NCBI GenBank assembly: GCA_963803435.1
Contig: CAWDML010000001.1
Coordinates: 2,432,001-2,496,000, forward strand
Direction: 5' to 3'
DNA length: 64,000 nt
Source: an uncultured delta proteobacterium
GTDB taxonomy: Bacteria; Myxococcota; Kuafuiibacteriia; Kuafuiibacteriales; Kuafuiibacteriaceae
Part shown: in pieces, positions 47,307-57,004 of the stretch
Position numbering within the stretch: the stretch's first letter is position 1
Layout of the letters: each line of letters opens with the position of its first letter
Program-made: the position numbers and the translations under genes
Notes under the pieces: model-generated
What the model saw: the letters and a program-made list of their open reading frames with translations, nothing else
Told to the model about the DNA's origin: nothing
The model's database searches: none

Positions 47307-48314
47307 TCAAAACTCGGAACCGTCGAGCGCGCTCTCGAGCGCATCCTCGAGGCTCCCCTCTTCGGCGACCCGGATCGTGTCGGCGGTCTTCGACAGCTTC
47401 TTGCTGTCGTTGAGGATCGCGCGGACGATCTCCGACAGCACGTGGCGGCTCCTGGCCGGGTCGAGGCCCACGTCCAGATCCTCCAGCGCACGCAGGAACG
47501 CGGCCGCGTGCGGATACCGATACCGCTGATCCCGGTGCAGCGCCCGGCGCAGCACGCGGACCAGCCCCTCGGGAAGATCGTCGCGGATCGAGGCGATATC
47601 CGGGACATCACCGTCACCCACTCGGACGATCACCTCCTCGAGCGACATCGACTCATAGATACGCTCGCCGGCGAGCAGCTCCCACAGGACCACGGCCACG
47701 GAGTAGATGTCGGCCCGCAGATCGAAGTCGCCGCCGCGGGCCTGCTCGGGCGCGCGATAGCGGACCTTGCCACCCGGCATGCGCCCTTCGATCTCGGCCA
47801 GCCCGCTGGCGCGCGCCACCCCGAAGTCGATCAGCTTCACCTCTCCGCCGATGTTGACCATGACGTTGGACGGCGCCACGTCGCAGTGGACGAGCCCCAT
47901 CGGAACGCCCTCCTCGTCGGCGGCGCGATGCACGAAGTCGAGCGCGATCAGCATCTCTTTCACGATGTGCACGCACTCGTCGACACCGAGCCGCCGCTCG
48001 TGCTGCTCGAGCACCCGCTCGAAGCGGAACAGATCGATCCCGTCCACATACTCGAGCACCAGCGCCCAGGTCTCGCCGACCCGCTCGAGGTTCAGCACCT
48101 GCACGATGTTCCCGTGGTTGAGGCGCGCGGCCAGCTTCGCCTCGTCGATCAGCATCTGGATGAACTCGGCATCGCTCGAGTACTCCGGCAGGATCTTCTT
48201 GATCGCGACCGTCTTCTCGAACCCGCCCGCGCCCGCCATCTTGGCCTTGTAGATCTCGGCCATTCCGCCGCTGGCGAGCTTCTGGAGCAGGACGTAGGAG
48301 CCGAACGCCTCCAC
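47307..48314 (-). CDS. Ser/Thr protein kinase
   Basis: SGGMAEIY, VAIKKILP, HCDVAPSN, DFG and KVRYRAPE. Confidence 0.93.
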   Translation of the reverse strand: MEAFGSYVLLQKLASGGMAEIYKAKMAGAGGFEKTVAIKKILPEYSSDAEFIQMLIDEAKLAARLNHGNIVQVLNLERVGETWALVLEYVDGIDLFRFERVLEQHERRLGVDECVHIVKEMLIALDFVHRAADEEGVPMGLVHCDVAPSNVMVNIGGEVKLIDFGVARASGLAEIEGRMPGGKVRYRAPEQARGGDFDLRADIYSVAVVLWELLAGERIYESMSLEEVIVRVGDGDVPDIASIRDDLPEGLVRVLRRALHRDQRYRYPHAAAFLRALEDLDVGLDPARSRHVLSEIVRAILNDSKKLSKTADTIRVAEEGSLEDALESALDGSEF

Positions 48315-48359
48315 GGGACCCCGGAGGCATACTGGTCGCCCGACGGCGAGGCAAGCCGC

Positions 48360-48707
48360 TCACTCCGGGGGCGATTGCGGCCTCCGCGCCTTGGCCCGGG
48401 CGGGGCTCTGGGGAGGCCGGGGCGCCGGGGTCAGCCGCACCCGCTCGACCCGGACCAGCGGGATGAGCTTCGCCAGGGTCTTGGCCCCGATCCCCTTGAT
48501 CCGCAGCAAGTCGCGGACCCGCACGAACGGGCGCTGTTTCCGGGCCTGCACGATCTCGGCGGCCCTCTTGGGCCCGATCCCGGGGAGCCGCGTCAGGACC
48601 CACGCCGGCGCCCGGTTGAGATCGACGGCCGAGGTGGGCGTCCGCGTCTGGGTCGGGCGGTCGGGCAGACCGGCGAGCGCGAGGAGGATGGGGAAGAGCA
48701 CGATCAT
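48360..48707 (-). CDS. comEA: ComEA-family helix-hairpin-helix DNA-binding protein
   Basis: VDLNRA..LTRLPGIGPKRA...DLLRIKGIGAKT with an N-terminal hydrophobic leader. Confidence 0.9.
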   Translation of the reverse strand: MIVLFPILLALAGLPDRPTQTRTPTSAVDLNRAPAWVLTRLPGIGPKRAAEIVQARKQRPFVRVRDLLRIKGIGAKTLAKLIPLVRVERVRLTPAPRPPQSPARAKARRPQSPPE

Positions 48708-48852
48708 CCGGCCGGTGACTGCGAGCGCCGGGCCAACGGATCACGACACGTCCCGCGACGATTCGTGCGCCCGTGAAGACAGGCCGTCCACCCGACGTGA
48801 TCAGCTCGTCCCCGCTCAGATTCATCCCTTCCTCCGCGTGACGCGATCGTCC

Positions 48853-48881
48853 GGAAGTCCGTCCGGCCGGGACGGACTTCC
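48853..48881. terminator. Perfect 12-bp hairpin in intergenic DNA (possible terminator or operator)
   Basis: GGAAGTCCGTCC-GGCCG-GGACGGACTTCC; no clear adjacent U-tract, so the function is uncertain. Confidence 0.4.
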
Positions 48882-48975
48882 TCGAAAATCGGACATCCGC
48901 AGGACCAACCCGTGCTTCGCCATGAGCTTGGTGAAGGACGGAGGCAGAAGATGCTTCGATGCTGCACCAGGGAGG

Positions 48976-50278
48976 CTACGGCGAACCGGTCGTGGAGGAG
49001 GTGAACGTCACCTCCACCCAGCCGCTCTGGACCGGGGGGGTTCCGTGGTTGTCGGGGGTACCGAGGTTTGCCATCTCCCGCGGGAGCAGGCGCCGGAGCA
49101 GCTCGGCGTCCGAGTAGTCCTCGAGCTCGCCCGGATCACCAATCCCCTCGAGGAACAGGAAGGCGTCGAGATCGAAGCGCACCACCACCTGCATGAAGCG
49201 GCCCGCACCCTCGCTCACGTGACCCTCGGCGTCCTCGTGCGTGTACCAGAACTCGCTGCTGTGGGGGACACCGGCAGCTTGGTCGGCGAGCGCCGGGTCG
49301 TAGTCCGGGTGGCGTGGGTCATCCGTCTGAACCTCCTCGGAGAAGAGCTTGAAGCGGCGCTCCTCGGGGATGGAGAAGCTCGGTGAGAACCCGCCCGCGT
49401 CCCAACCGCAGTATGCGCTCCCGCGTTCGCAATCTGTGTTGCAGAAGACTTGGCCGTATTGGCCGTCCTCGCCGAGCCCAACCGAGTAGGCTTCGAGGAA
49501 CGCCAGCTGGTGCGGGTTGGTGGGGCGGGTCGAGGTGAAGGTCATCGAGTCGAGAATCGAGGAACTGGAAGTCGGACTCCGCGCAGGCGGCGTCCGGGTC
49601 AGGCTTGCGGCAGAGCAGCACGTCGCCGCGCAACACCGGGCGCTCCGCCGGCAGGAACAGCTGCTCCTCGATGTAGGGGGCGTCGAGGGCGCACGATGGA
49701 TCGGCGAAGACGGGATCGGCGTCGAGCGGGTTGGGCTCGAAGACGTAACGGACGGTCCAGAAGTCGTCGACCATCTCGACCTTGACGTCGAGGTAGGCCA
49801 TCTCGACCGAGACGGTTTCCCACCAGAGGTCCCGATATTCGTCGCAGGAGAGCGCGGTCTCGCCACCGACCGCGCGAGGCTGCTGGAGATCGAAAGGGCC
49901 GCCCCCGCGCGCTGGACCTTCGGCGGCGTCGAGGGCGAGGAGCCGCCCCGGACCGCAGGTGCTGGGGCTGCCGGCGCCGTCCGCGCCGAGATCGATCCGT
50001 CCAGCCCAGCCCGACGCGTCCAACGGACGTATGCAGACACCGCGGACCGGTCCCATCGATCCGGTGTCGCACGCCTCCACCCCGCCGCGCTCGAGCGCGC
50101 GACCACCGGCGGTGAGCGCGCTGCGCGAGGTCGAGATCTGCGCGCTGGTGCTCGCGAGGTAGACGTGGACCGCGCTGCTCGCACCGCCACCGCCGTGCGG
50201 ATCGCCACCTCCTGGACCGCAGGCGGTGAAGCCGAGCAGCACGACGACCAGGGTGGGAGGAAGGATCCGTGGGCTCAC
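48976..50278 (-). CDS. Hypothetical acidic Cys-containing lipoprotein; frameshift at ~49556
   Basis: GFTAC lipobox after GTG 50278; removing one base at GAATC 49554-49558 joins FQFLD to LDSMTFTSTRP. Confidence 0.7.
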
Positions 50279-50433
50279 GACGAAGGATCGGCCGGGAGCA
50301 GGATCGCTGAAGTGCGCCGCGCCTCTCCCGCGACCAGAAAGCGTCAGGTTCCGATCGGGCGTCACATAAAGCTGATCGAGAGCGACTGCGAACCGGCGTC
50401 CTCCGCCGAGAGGTTCGCGTCCCTCAGAGGGAA

Positions 50434-52164
50434 ATGACCATGAACACGACTCCACTCTACCTCTCGATCGGCCTGGCCCTCATCGGATGCACCTCGGAGC
50501 CGAACCCTGTCGCATCGAGTGCCCGCGGCGAGGTCTACATGCCCGATGCGACCGACCGAGAGGTGCGCGAGCTCCAGCTGCGCGATCAAGTGCTGAGGTA
50601 CGAGGTGGTCGACGGGGTCGCGGTGATCGGGGGTGACATCGTCATGGGGGATGTCGAGACCTTCGAATCCGACCTGCTCGAGGCTGGAAGCTGGCACGGC
50701 GTGTCGAAAAACTCCGGCGTATGGAGCATGCCGGTCCGATTCAAGTTCGACAACGAGGTGCCAGCCCTGGTTCGTACGGCGGTATCAAACGCGCTCAGCG
50801 AGCTCGAGAGCGAGACCTCCGGGGCGTTGCTCTTCTCCGAGTGCGGATCGGGGACGACGCCCAGCTGTGGCGCCAACTCGCACATCAAGTTTCGGTACCA
50901 CGACGCCGGCTGCAATAGCCCTCTCGGTCAACAGACCTACCCGATCATCAACACGATCAACCTGGACACCTGGTGCGACAGCGACACGGTCACGGAGAAG
51001 GGGGCGATCAAACACGAGGTTTTGCACTCGATGGGATTTGACCACGAGCAGAACCGATGCGACCGCGACGCCTACGTGATCGTCGATTACGACAACATCA
51101 TCGATAGATGGGAGTACGCTTTCGACAAGCAGTGCGGCAACAATTGGTCGGATGTCGTGAGCTACAACTTCAACTCGATCATGCACTACTCGGGAACGGC
51201 TTTTCAGATCCCGGGCGCCGGCAATTCGATCACGACCATCGATCCGGCCTTCCAGAACGTGATCGGCTACCTCGGCCCCATATCGCCGGGCGATCTGGCC
51301 ATGATCAACCTGAAGTACGGGCTCCCCAACTTGGCCAACGGAGTCTCCTGCACCGCCAGCCGCGACTGCGCGAGCGGGAACTGCGTCCCCTCGGGATGGT
51401 GGGTAGGTGCGGGCTCGAAGTGCAGCGCTGTCGGCTGCCAGCCCGGCGATTGGGACGCCCAGAACTTCAACGACAGCTCCTGTGACAATGGATGTCTTTT
51501 TCACGCCACCGACCTCTGCCCCTCGAACATGGCGTGCGTGGACGGAGGCGACGGGACCGGCGTCTGCGTCAATGCCTGTAACGATGACGACGACTGCTCG
51601 GGAGACCATCCCTACTGCGTCTACGCCGACGCGGCGAGGTTTGCGAAGCTGTGCAACAAGGCCAACTGCAATCCGTGTCACTATGACTCGAACCCCAACA
51701 ACCAAACGTGCGATGGCACGTTCCCTGATGGCAGCTCCGGTGACTGCGGAAACGACTCCACCTGCTTCGGTGGGCACTGCATCGGTCACTGTACGACCGA
51801 CGGAGACTGTGCCGCCGGAAAGACCTGCGAGTATGCGAACGCCAGCCGAACGCTGAGGTACTGCAATACGGCCAATTGCTCTCCCTGCGAGTACGACACT
51901 TATCCAATCGATGCCGTCTGCAGCAACGATCTGGCGTCGGGAACCTATTGTGGCCCAGGCAACGAGTGCAACGGTTCGGGACAGTGCGTCTGCACGCTGA
52001 GCAGCAACGGCCACAGCTGCAACATCGACTCCGATTGCTGCAGCTCCCACTGCGAGGCCATGAATTCCTCGGGCACGCTGCGGCAGTGCAATCGAATCTC
52101 CTGCCCTGCGGGTCAGTGGGATCTCGACGCAACCGACCTCACCTGCGACAACTTCCACATCTGA
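50434..52164 (+). CDS. Astacin (M12A) zinc metalloprotease lipoprotein with Cys-rich C-terminal repeats
   Basis: LIGC lipobox, GDI propeptide motif, HEVLHSMGFDHEQNRCDRD and Met-turn SIMHY. Confidence 0.93.
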   Translation: MTMNTTPLYLSIGLALIGCTSEPNPVASSARGEVYMPDATDREVRELQLRDQVLRYEVVDGVAVIGGDIVMGDVETFESDLLEAGSWHGVSKNSGVWSMPVRFKFDNEVPALVRTAVSNALSELESETSGALLFSECGSGTTPSCGANSHIKFRYHDAGCNSPLGQQTYPIINTINLDTWCDSDTVTEKGAIKHEVLHSMGFDHEQNRCDRDAYVIVDYDNIIDRWEYAFDKQCGNNWSDVVSYNFNSIMHYSGTAFQIPGAGNSITTIDPAFQNVIGYLGPISPGDLAMINLKYGLPNLANGVSCTASRDCASGNCVPSGWWVGAGSKCSAVGCQPGDWDAQNFNDSSCDNGCLFHATDLCPSNMACVDGGDGTGVCVNACNDDDDCSGDHPYCVYADAARFAKLCNKANCNPCHYDSNPNNQTCDGTFPDGSSGDCGNDSTCFGGHCIGHCTTDGDCAAGKTCEYANASRTLRYCNTANCSPCEYDTYPIDAVCSNDLASGTYCGPGNECNGSGQCVCTLSSNGHSCNIDSDCCSSHCEAMNSSGTLRQCNRISCPAGQWDLDATDLTCDNFHI

Positions 52165-52191
52165 CGAAGCGCCTGGTTGCGGTTTCAGGCG

Positions 52192-53372
52192 ATGATGTTG
52201 AACCTCCGTAGGCTGCGGGTCGCCGTACTCCTGTCGGCGGCCACCGTCGGCTGCAGTCCGCCCCATCATCCCGCAACCGGCGCTCAGGCTGCCGCGATCA
52301 TCCAAGGTGGCGCGTGCACCGGTGTCGGTCCGTGGGAGAGCGCTCTGGCTCTACTGGTGGAGGAGGATCGAGGCGTCGGCGCTGACGCGAGAGCGGAACG
52401 ACGGGTGGTTTGCAGTGCGGTGATGGTGGCGCCGGACCTGGCCCTGAGCGCTGCGCACTGCGTTCACCCCGAGCTGCTGGGGCCCGATCCGGGCGACCTC
52501 ACATCGGTCAGCTACTGGGTGAGCGCCGATCCAGCCCTGAGCGGCTGGAGCGAGGCGTCGCCCTTGCCGGCCGACGCGACACCCGTCCTCGCGTTCGAGA
52601 CGCACCCTGGATTCGATCCCGACGCGTCGTCCCAGCTGGCGGACCTGGCCTTGCTGAAGCTGAGCGCTCCGCGCCGGCAGCCCGTCGCCGCGATCATGGT
52701 CAACGCCGCCGCGCGGCTGGCGCCGGGGGTCCAGGTGTACGGTGTCGGTTGGGGCGTGTCGATCCTCCCGCCCTTGATCGGGGACCCGCCGCCGGAAACC
52801 ATCGGCGTTCGCAGGTGTGGCTCGACCGTCCTGCATGACGTCGGACCGACTGAGCTGCAGGTCGGCTGGTCGCGACTCGAAAGTGCTACGGCGATTCGGG
52901 AGGTCCGAGCTTCGCGAGGTTTGACCTGCCCGAGGCGCGCTACCTGCTGGTGAGCATCTCCTCCAGAGACGACGAGAGCGGCGGTTGCGCCCGCGGTGGC
53001 ATCGAGACGCGCGTGGACGCCTACCAGGGTTGGCTCACCGAGAGCGCCGCGAGCCTGACCGTCGACTCGCTCGACTTCGAGAGCTACGCGGGCGCGACGC
53101 CGGCGTTCGCCGAAACCCAGGCCGGCTCCTGCGTGGACAGTACGCCGGAGATTCGGACCTTGCCGCTCCCCCCATCGGCGGGCGGCTGCGCCTCGGCGCC
53201 ACCGCTCCCGACGATCGCCTTGCTTCTGCTCGGCGCCTCGCGTGGGTCCGGAACCCGACGTCGAGGGGGACGACACCGGGACATTTGGTCACGCGCGCCG
53301 AAAGGTTGGCGCCTTCGGCGCCGGGATCGCCGGGGCAAGGGCTGGTCTCGCAAATGCAAACGTTACTCTTGA
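52192..53372 (+). CDS. Trypsin-like (S1) protease with MYXO-CTERM-like tail; frameshift at ~52861-52880, 3' end uncertain
   Basis: IIQG, CSAVMV, SAAHC and DLALL in frame 1; KCYGDSGGP, TRVD and GGCAS..IALLLLG in frame 2. Confidence 0.82.
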
Positions 53373-53381
53373 GAGGTTCAA

Positions 53382-54425
53382 ATGCATCAGCTCCAGAAAA
53401 CCATTTCGACAATCGCGGGGGCCGTGCTCACCTTGACCGTCTCCGCCACCTTCAACGCCTCCGACGCGCAGGCCCGGCCCCACGTGAGCGTGTCCGTGAG
53501 TGTGTTCGGCGACGCGCTCTCGCCCTACGGGGCGTGGATCTCGGTCCCCGACCTGGGCCGCGTGTGGTGTCCTTACACGGCGGTCGTCAGCGCGGGGTTC
53601 GTGCCGTACGCCACCGCGGGGCGCTGGGTCTACACGGACTATGGTTGGATGTTCGAGAGCGACTATCCCTGGGGATGGGCAACCTTCCACTACGGTCGTT
53701 GGTACGACGATCCGACCCTCGGCTGGGTATGGGCACCCGGAAATGATTGGGCGCCGGCCTGGGTCGATTGGCGCGTCGGCGACGGCTACATCGGCTGGGC
53801 CCCGCTGCCGCCGCCCGTGATCAGGCGACACCCACGCTGGGTGTTCGTCGATCAGGCGCACTTCGTCGATCGCAACGTCTACGTGCATCACCTCCCGCAC
53901 GAGCGCGTTCGCGACGCGTATCGTGCGACGGCCCGGGTCAACGACCGCGTCTCCTACGGAGGCCGGACGTTCGTGCGTGGTCCCGATCCGGTGAGGGTCC
54001 GGACGGTCGCCCGCGTGGAGATCCCGCGCGCCTACGTCCGTCCGCCGGCGGCCGGCCGCGTGGCGGCGGCGCGGATCACCCGCGAACGTGCAGATCACCG
54101 CGCGATCGTGCGCCGAGAAGCCCGGCCGATCGAGCGCGAGCACGATCGGGCGCGCCGTGAGGCCGCCGAGCGACGCGCGCGCGACGAGCACCTCGCCCTG
54201 CAGCGCCGCAACGACCAGCGCCGCGTGAACCAGCAGCGCGCGGCGGCCGAGCACAAGCGCAAGGCCGCGGCCGCACGACGCGAGAACGAGCAGCGCGCCC
54301 GCGCCGAGCAAGCCCGCAAGGAGGCCCAGGCCCGCAAGGAGGCCCAGGCCCGCAACGAGGCGAAGAAGCGCGAGGACGCGAAGCGCCGGGCCCAGCATAC
54401 GAAGCCGCGCGACCACCGCGGCTGA
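53382..54425 (+). CDS. DUF6600-like secreted Trp-rich protein with charged coiled-coil tail
   Basis: Signal peptide; LSPYGAW, GRWVYTDYGW, PWGWATFHYGRW, WAPAWV and IGWAPLPP. Confidence 0.8.
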   Translation: MHQLQKTISTIAGAVLTLTVSATFNASDAQARPHVSVSVSVFGDALSPYGAWISVPDLGRVWCPYTAVVSAGFVPYATAGRWVYTDYGWMFESDYPWGWATFHYGRWYDDPTLGWVWAPGNDWAPAWVDWRVGDGYIGWAPLPPPVIRRHPRWVFVDQAHFVDRNVYVHHLPHERVRDAYRATARVNDRVSYGGRTFVRGPDPVRVRTVARVEIPRAYVRPPAAGRVAAARITRERADHRAIVRREARPIEREHDRARREAAERRARDEHLALQRRNDQRRVNQQRAAAEHKRKAAAARRENEQRARAEQARKEAQARKEAQARNEAKKREDAKRRAQHTKPRDHRG

Positions 54426-54468
54426 GCGGCCTCCGTTTACCTCGCCCCTGCCGGTGTCTGGCCAGTTA

Positions 54469-54533
54469 GAGCCGGTCCAGAAACCGTTCCGTTCGCAGTT
54501 TGCTGTTTCGTCGTTCTGTCATTCGCTGTTCGA
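54469..54533 (+). repeat. Left arm of extended imperfect inverted repeat
   Basis: Aligns by eye to the reverse complement of 55628-55697 (GTTTGCTGTTTCGTCGTTCTGTCATTCGCTGTTCGA vs GTTTCCTGTTTCGCTCGTTCTGCTCATTCGCTATTCAA). Confidence 0.85.
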
Positions 54534-54540
54534 TCCGGCG

Positions 54541-54890
54541 ATGAAGGGCGATGACATCGCAGAACGACTGCTCAAGTTTGCGAAGCGTGTACTTCGGCTT
54601 TGCCGCGAGTTTTCCCAAACGACTTTGCCGGCAAGCACGTTGTCCGACAGCTGATCCGGTGTTCATCCGGAGGTGGTGCGAATGACGAGGAAGCGCGTGG
54701 CGGCGAGAGCCTTGCCGACTTCATCCACAAGATGGCGGTCGCTCGCAAGGAGATCCGCGAGTCGCTGTACTGGTTGCGTCTTGCCGATCCGGAGCTGATG
54801 CAGGGAGCGGAGATCGCTTCGCTGATCCGAGAGGCCAACGAACTCTCTGCGATTCTGACGAGCTCCATCAAGACGGCGAAGGCTCGATCA
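54541..54890 (+). pseudogene. Four-helix-bundle protein (23S rRNA IVP/Avd-like), frameshift at ~54612; stop uncertain
   Basis: MKGDDIAERLLKFAKRVLRLC, then RQLIRCSSGGGANDEEA..ESLADFIHKM.VARKE.RESLYWLRL...EANELSAIL.SSIKTAK. Confidence 0.85.
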
Positions 54891-54896
54891 GGGAAG

Positions 54897-55581
54897 TCAT
54901 CGAGCCTGCTGGAACGCGATGATCGCGCACGCAAGATGAACCAGCCCGAGATACCGCGATCCCGTTCGTTCCCACCGCACGAGTCATGCGCGGAACTGGT
55001 TGTGCCAAGCGTTCGTGCGCTCGACAACCCAGCGCCGCGGCCTACCGCGGACACAGCCAGCGAGTGCAGACCGCGGGAGCCCCGTAGGACGACGCCGTCG
55101 AGCGTCTGCTCCACCCGCCACTTGTCGTGCACGTTCGCGCCTGAGATCTCGACCGCCAACGGAACACCACGACCATCCGTGAGCACGTGACGCTTCACGC
55201 CTCGCTTGGCTCGATCCGTCGGGTTCGGACCGGTCAGGTCCCCCCTTTTGGAGCCTTGACGATCGCGCTGTCGAGTGAAGTCCACTTCCACTGTATGCCG
55301 CGCCTCCTGTCGTAGTACCGCAGCAGCTCAGCGAAGATCGCGGTGAAGATCCCTGCTGCGCACCATGCCGCGAATCGACTGTGGCACGTCGAACCGGAGC
55401 TGAACTCGCGCGGCAGGGCCTTCCACTGGCACCCTGTCCGAAGGCGATAGACGATACCTGCCATCACGACGCGATCCGCAACCCGCGGGCGACCTCCCCG
55501 CGGCCTTGGACCTCGCTTCGCGAGTAACGGCTCAATGCGTTTCCACAGGGCGTCCGGAAGACTTGCGAATCTTGCCTGCAT
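54897..55581 (-). pseudogene. IS5-family transposase (two-frame, AAAAGGGGGG slippery site) with internal deletion and premature stop
   Basis: W..IEPLL, GGRPR, YRLRTGCQW..LP, SLDS..VKAPKGG; then GPNPTDRAKRGVKRHVLTD.RG.PL, ANVHD. The usual DKGY segment is missing; RWVVERTNAW...RA*LVRWER. Confidence 0.9.
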
Positions 55582-55627
55582 CGACTCTGCAGAACACTCG
55601 ATCGAGCACGATGCAACAACGGCCGCT

Positions 55628-55697
55628 TTGAATAGCGAATGAGCAGAACGAGCGAAACAGGAAACGCGGAACGGTCCGGAGGTTTTCGGACCGGCTC
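55628..55697 (-). repeat. Right arm of extended imperfect inverted repeat
   Basis: Reverse complement of 54469-54533 with several indels and mismatches. Confidence 0.85.
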
Positions 55698-55819
55698 TTA
55701 GCCCGTCTTCGTTGATACGTGCATTCCGGAGGCCCGTCGGACGATCTCGAAACTCGACATCCGCGGAACAGCAAGTTAACTTGCAATTCGGCTTGCTGGC
55801 TCGAACGTTTCGCGCGCCG

Positions 55820-56239
55820 TTACACCGAGGCTCCGTTTACGCGGATCTCGCTCACCAGCTCCACGTTCCCGCGCAGCGTCGCGCTGACCCCGCAGTAGCG
55901 CTCCTCCGAGAGGGCGACCGCCTTCTTGAGCTTGTCGAGCGGAAGATCGTCACCCTCGAAGCTGTAGGTCACCACGATGCGGAGGAACCTCTTCGGGTGC
56001 TCCTCCGCGAGCTGGCCCTCCGCCTTGACCTCGAACCGCCGCGGCTTCACGCGCATCTTTTCCAGGATCGAGACCACGTCCAGCGCCGTGCAGCCGGCGA
56101 GGGCGGACAGAAGAAGCCCCTTCGGCGCGGGACCGAGCCCTCTGCCCCCGAACTCCGCGTACGCGTCGATCATGAAGCGGTGGCCCTCGAGCTCCGCCTC
56201 GAAGGCCATCCCATCGGTCCAGGTCACTGTGCTTTCCAC
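55820..56239 (-). CDS. OsmC-family protein (YhfA-like)
   Basis: GP.PK.LLL.ALAGCTALDVVSILEKMR and AVALSEERYCGVS. Confidence 0.93.
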   Translation of the reverse strand: MESTVTWTDGMAFEAELEGHRFMIDAYAEFGGRGLGPAPKGLLLSALAGCTALDVVSILEKMRVKPRRFEVKAEGQLAEEHPKRFLRIVVTYSFEGDDLPLDKLKKAVALSEERYCGVSATLRGNVELVSEIRVNGASV

Positions 56240-56330
56240 GACGATAGAGGATCGCAGGTTCCGCGCCGAACGCGCCACCCATGTGGAACCGACCCGACGT
56301 TTCCAAACGGTGGCACGGCCGGGCTCCCCG

Positions 56331-56969
56331 TCAGCCCCGGTTCGGCAGTCCGTCCAGGAAATGCACGGTGCCCGTCTCGAGCTCGTACTCCGCGCCGACC
56401 ACGGCGAACCGACCCACAGCGACCAGATCCTCGAGCAACCGACTCCCGTGCCGGAGGTGATCGACGGACGCGCGCACGTTCGCGCGGATCGCCTCCCGCA
56501 TGACGCCGCTCGCGTCGCCGGGTCGGACCAACCCCTGGATGTGTGGCGCGATGCGATCCGTGATGGCCTGGATGTTCTTCGACTCGGGGCCGAGCCCGGT
56601 CTGCAGCGCGTTCACGGTGGCGGCGACCGCGCCGCAGCGCGTGTGGCCCATGACCACCACCAGGCGGGTGCCGAACTGCGAGGCGGCGAACTCGATCGAG
56701 CCGACCACGGAAGGCGCCACGATGTTGCCGGCGATCCGGACCACGAACAGCTCCCCGAAGCCCTGGTCGAACAAGAGCTCGACGGGCGTCCGCGAGTCGG
56801 AGCACCCGAGGATGATCGCGAAGGGACGCTGCGCCTCGGTGGCGAGGTCCTGGCTCCAGCCGCGCGCGAGCGAGGTCTCGTTGGTCTCGCGGAAGCGACG
56901 GTTCCCTTCGACCAGCCGCTCGAGCGCCTGCTCCGGGGTCAGCGAGGTCGGATCCCAGGTGTGAGGCAT
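56331..56969 (-). CDS. Beta-class carbonic anhydrase
   Basis: L.EGNRRF, GCSDSR, FVVRIAGN and GHTRCGAV. Confidence 0.95.
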   Translation of the reverse strand: MPHTWDPTSLTPEQALERLVEGNRRFRETNETSLARGWSQDLATEAQRPFAIILGCSDSRTPVELLFDQGFGELFVVRIAGNIVAPSVVGSIEFAASQFGTRLVVVMGHTRCGAVAATVNALQTGLGPESKNIQAITDRIAPHIQGLVRPGDASGVMREAIRANVRASVDHLRHGSRLLEDLVAVGRFAVVGAEYELETGTVHFLDGLPNRG

Positions 56970-57004
56970 CGAGCCCGCATAGCACACCGGCCACCGCTTC
57001 GGCA

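Larger units (their letters stand above)
54469..55697. mobile_element. IS5-family element with a four-helix-bundle passenger gene (decayed)
   Basis: Terminal IRs GAGCCGGTCCAGAAACC / GGTTTTCGGACCGGCTC, TTA duplicated at 54466-54468 and 55698-55700, and a transposase inside. Confidence 0.88.

Noticed and set aside
54541-54890. Diversity-generating retroelement suggested by the Avd-like gene
   Set aside because: No reverse transcriptase and no template/variable repeat pair with adenine-specific mismatches were seen.
54469-55697. 23S rRNA intervening sequence
   Set aside because: The flanks are protein-coding or intergenic DNA with no rRNA sequence, and the boundaries are IS termini with a target duplication.
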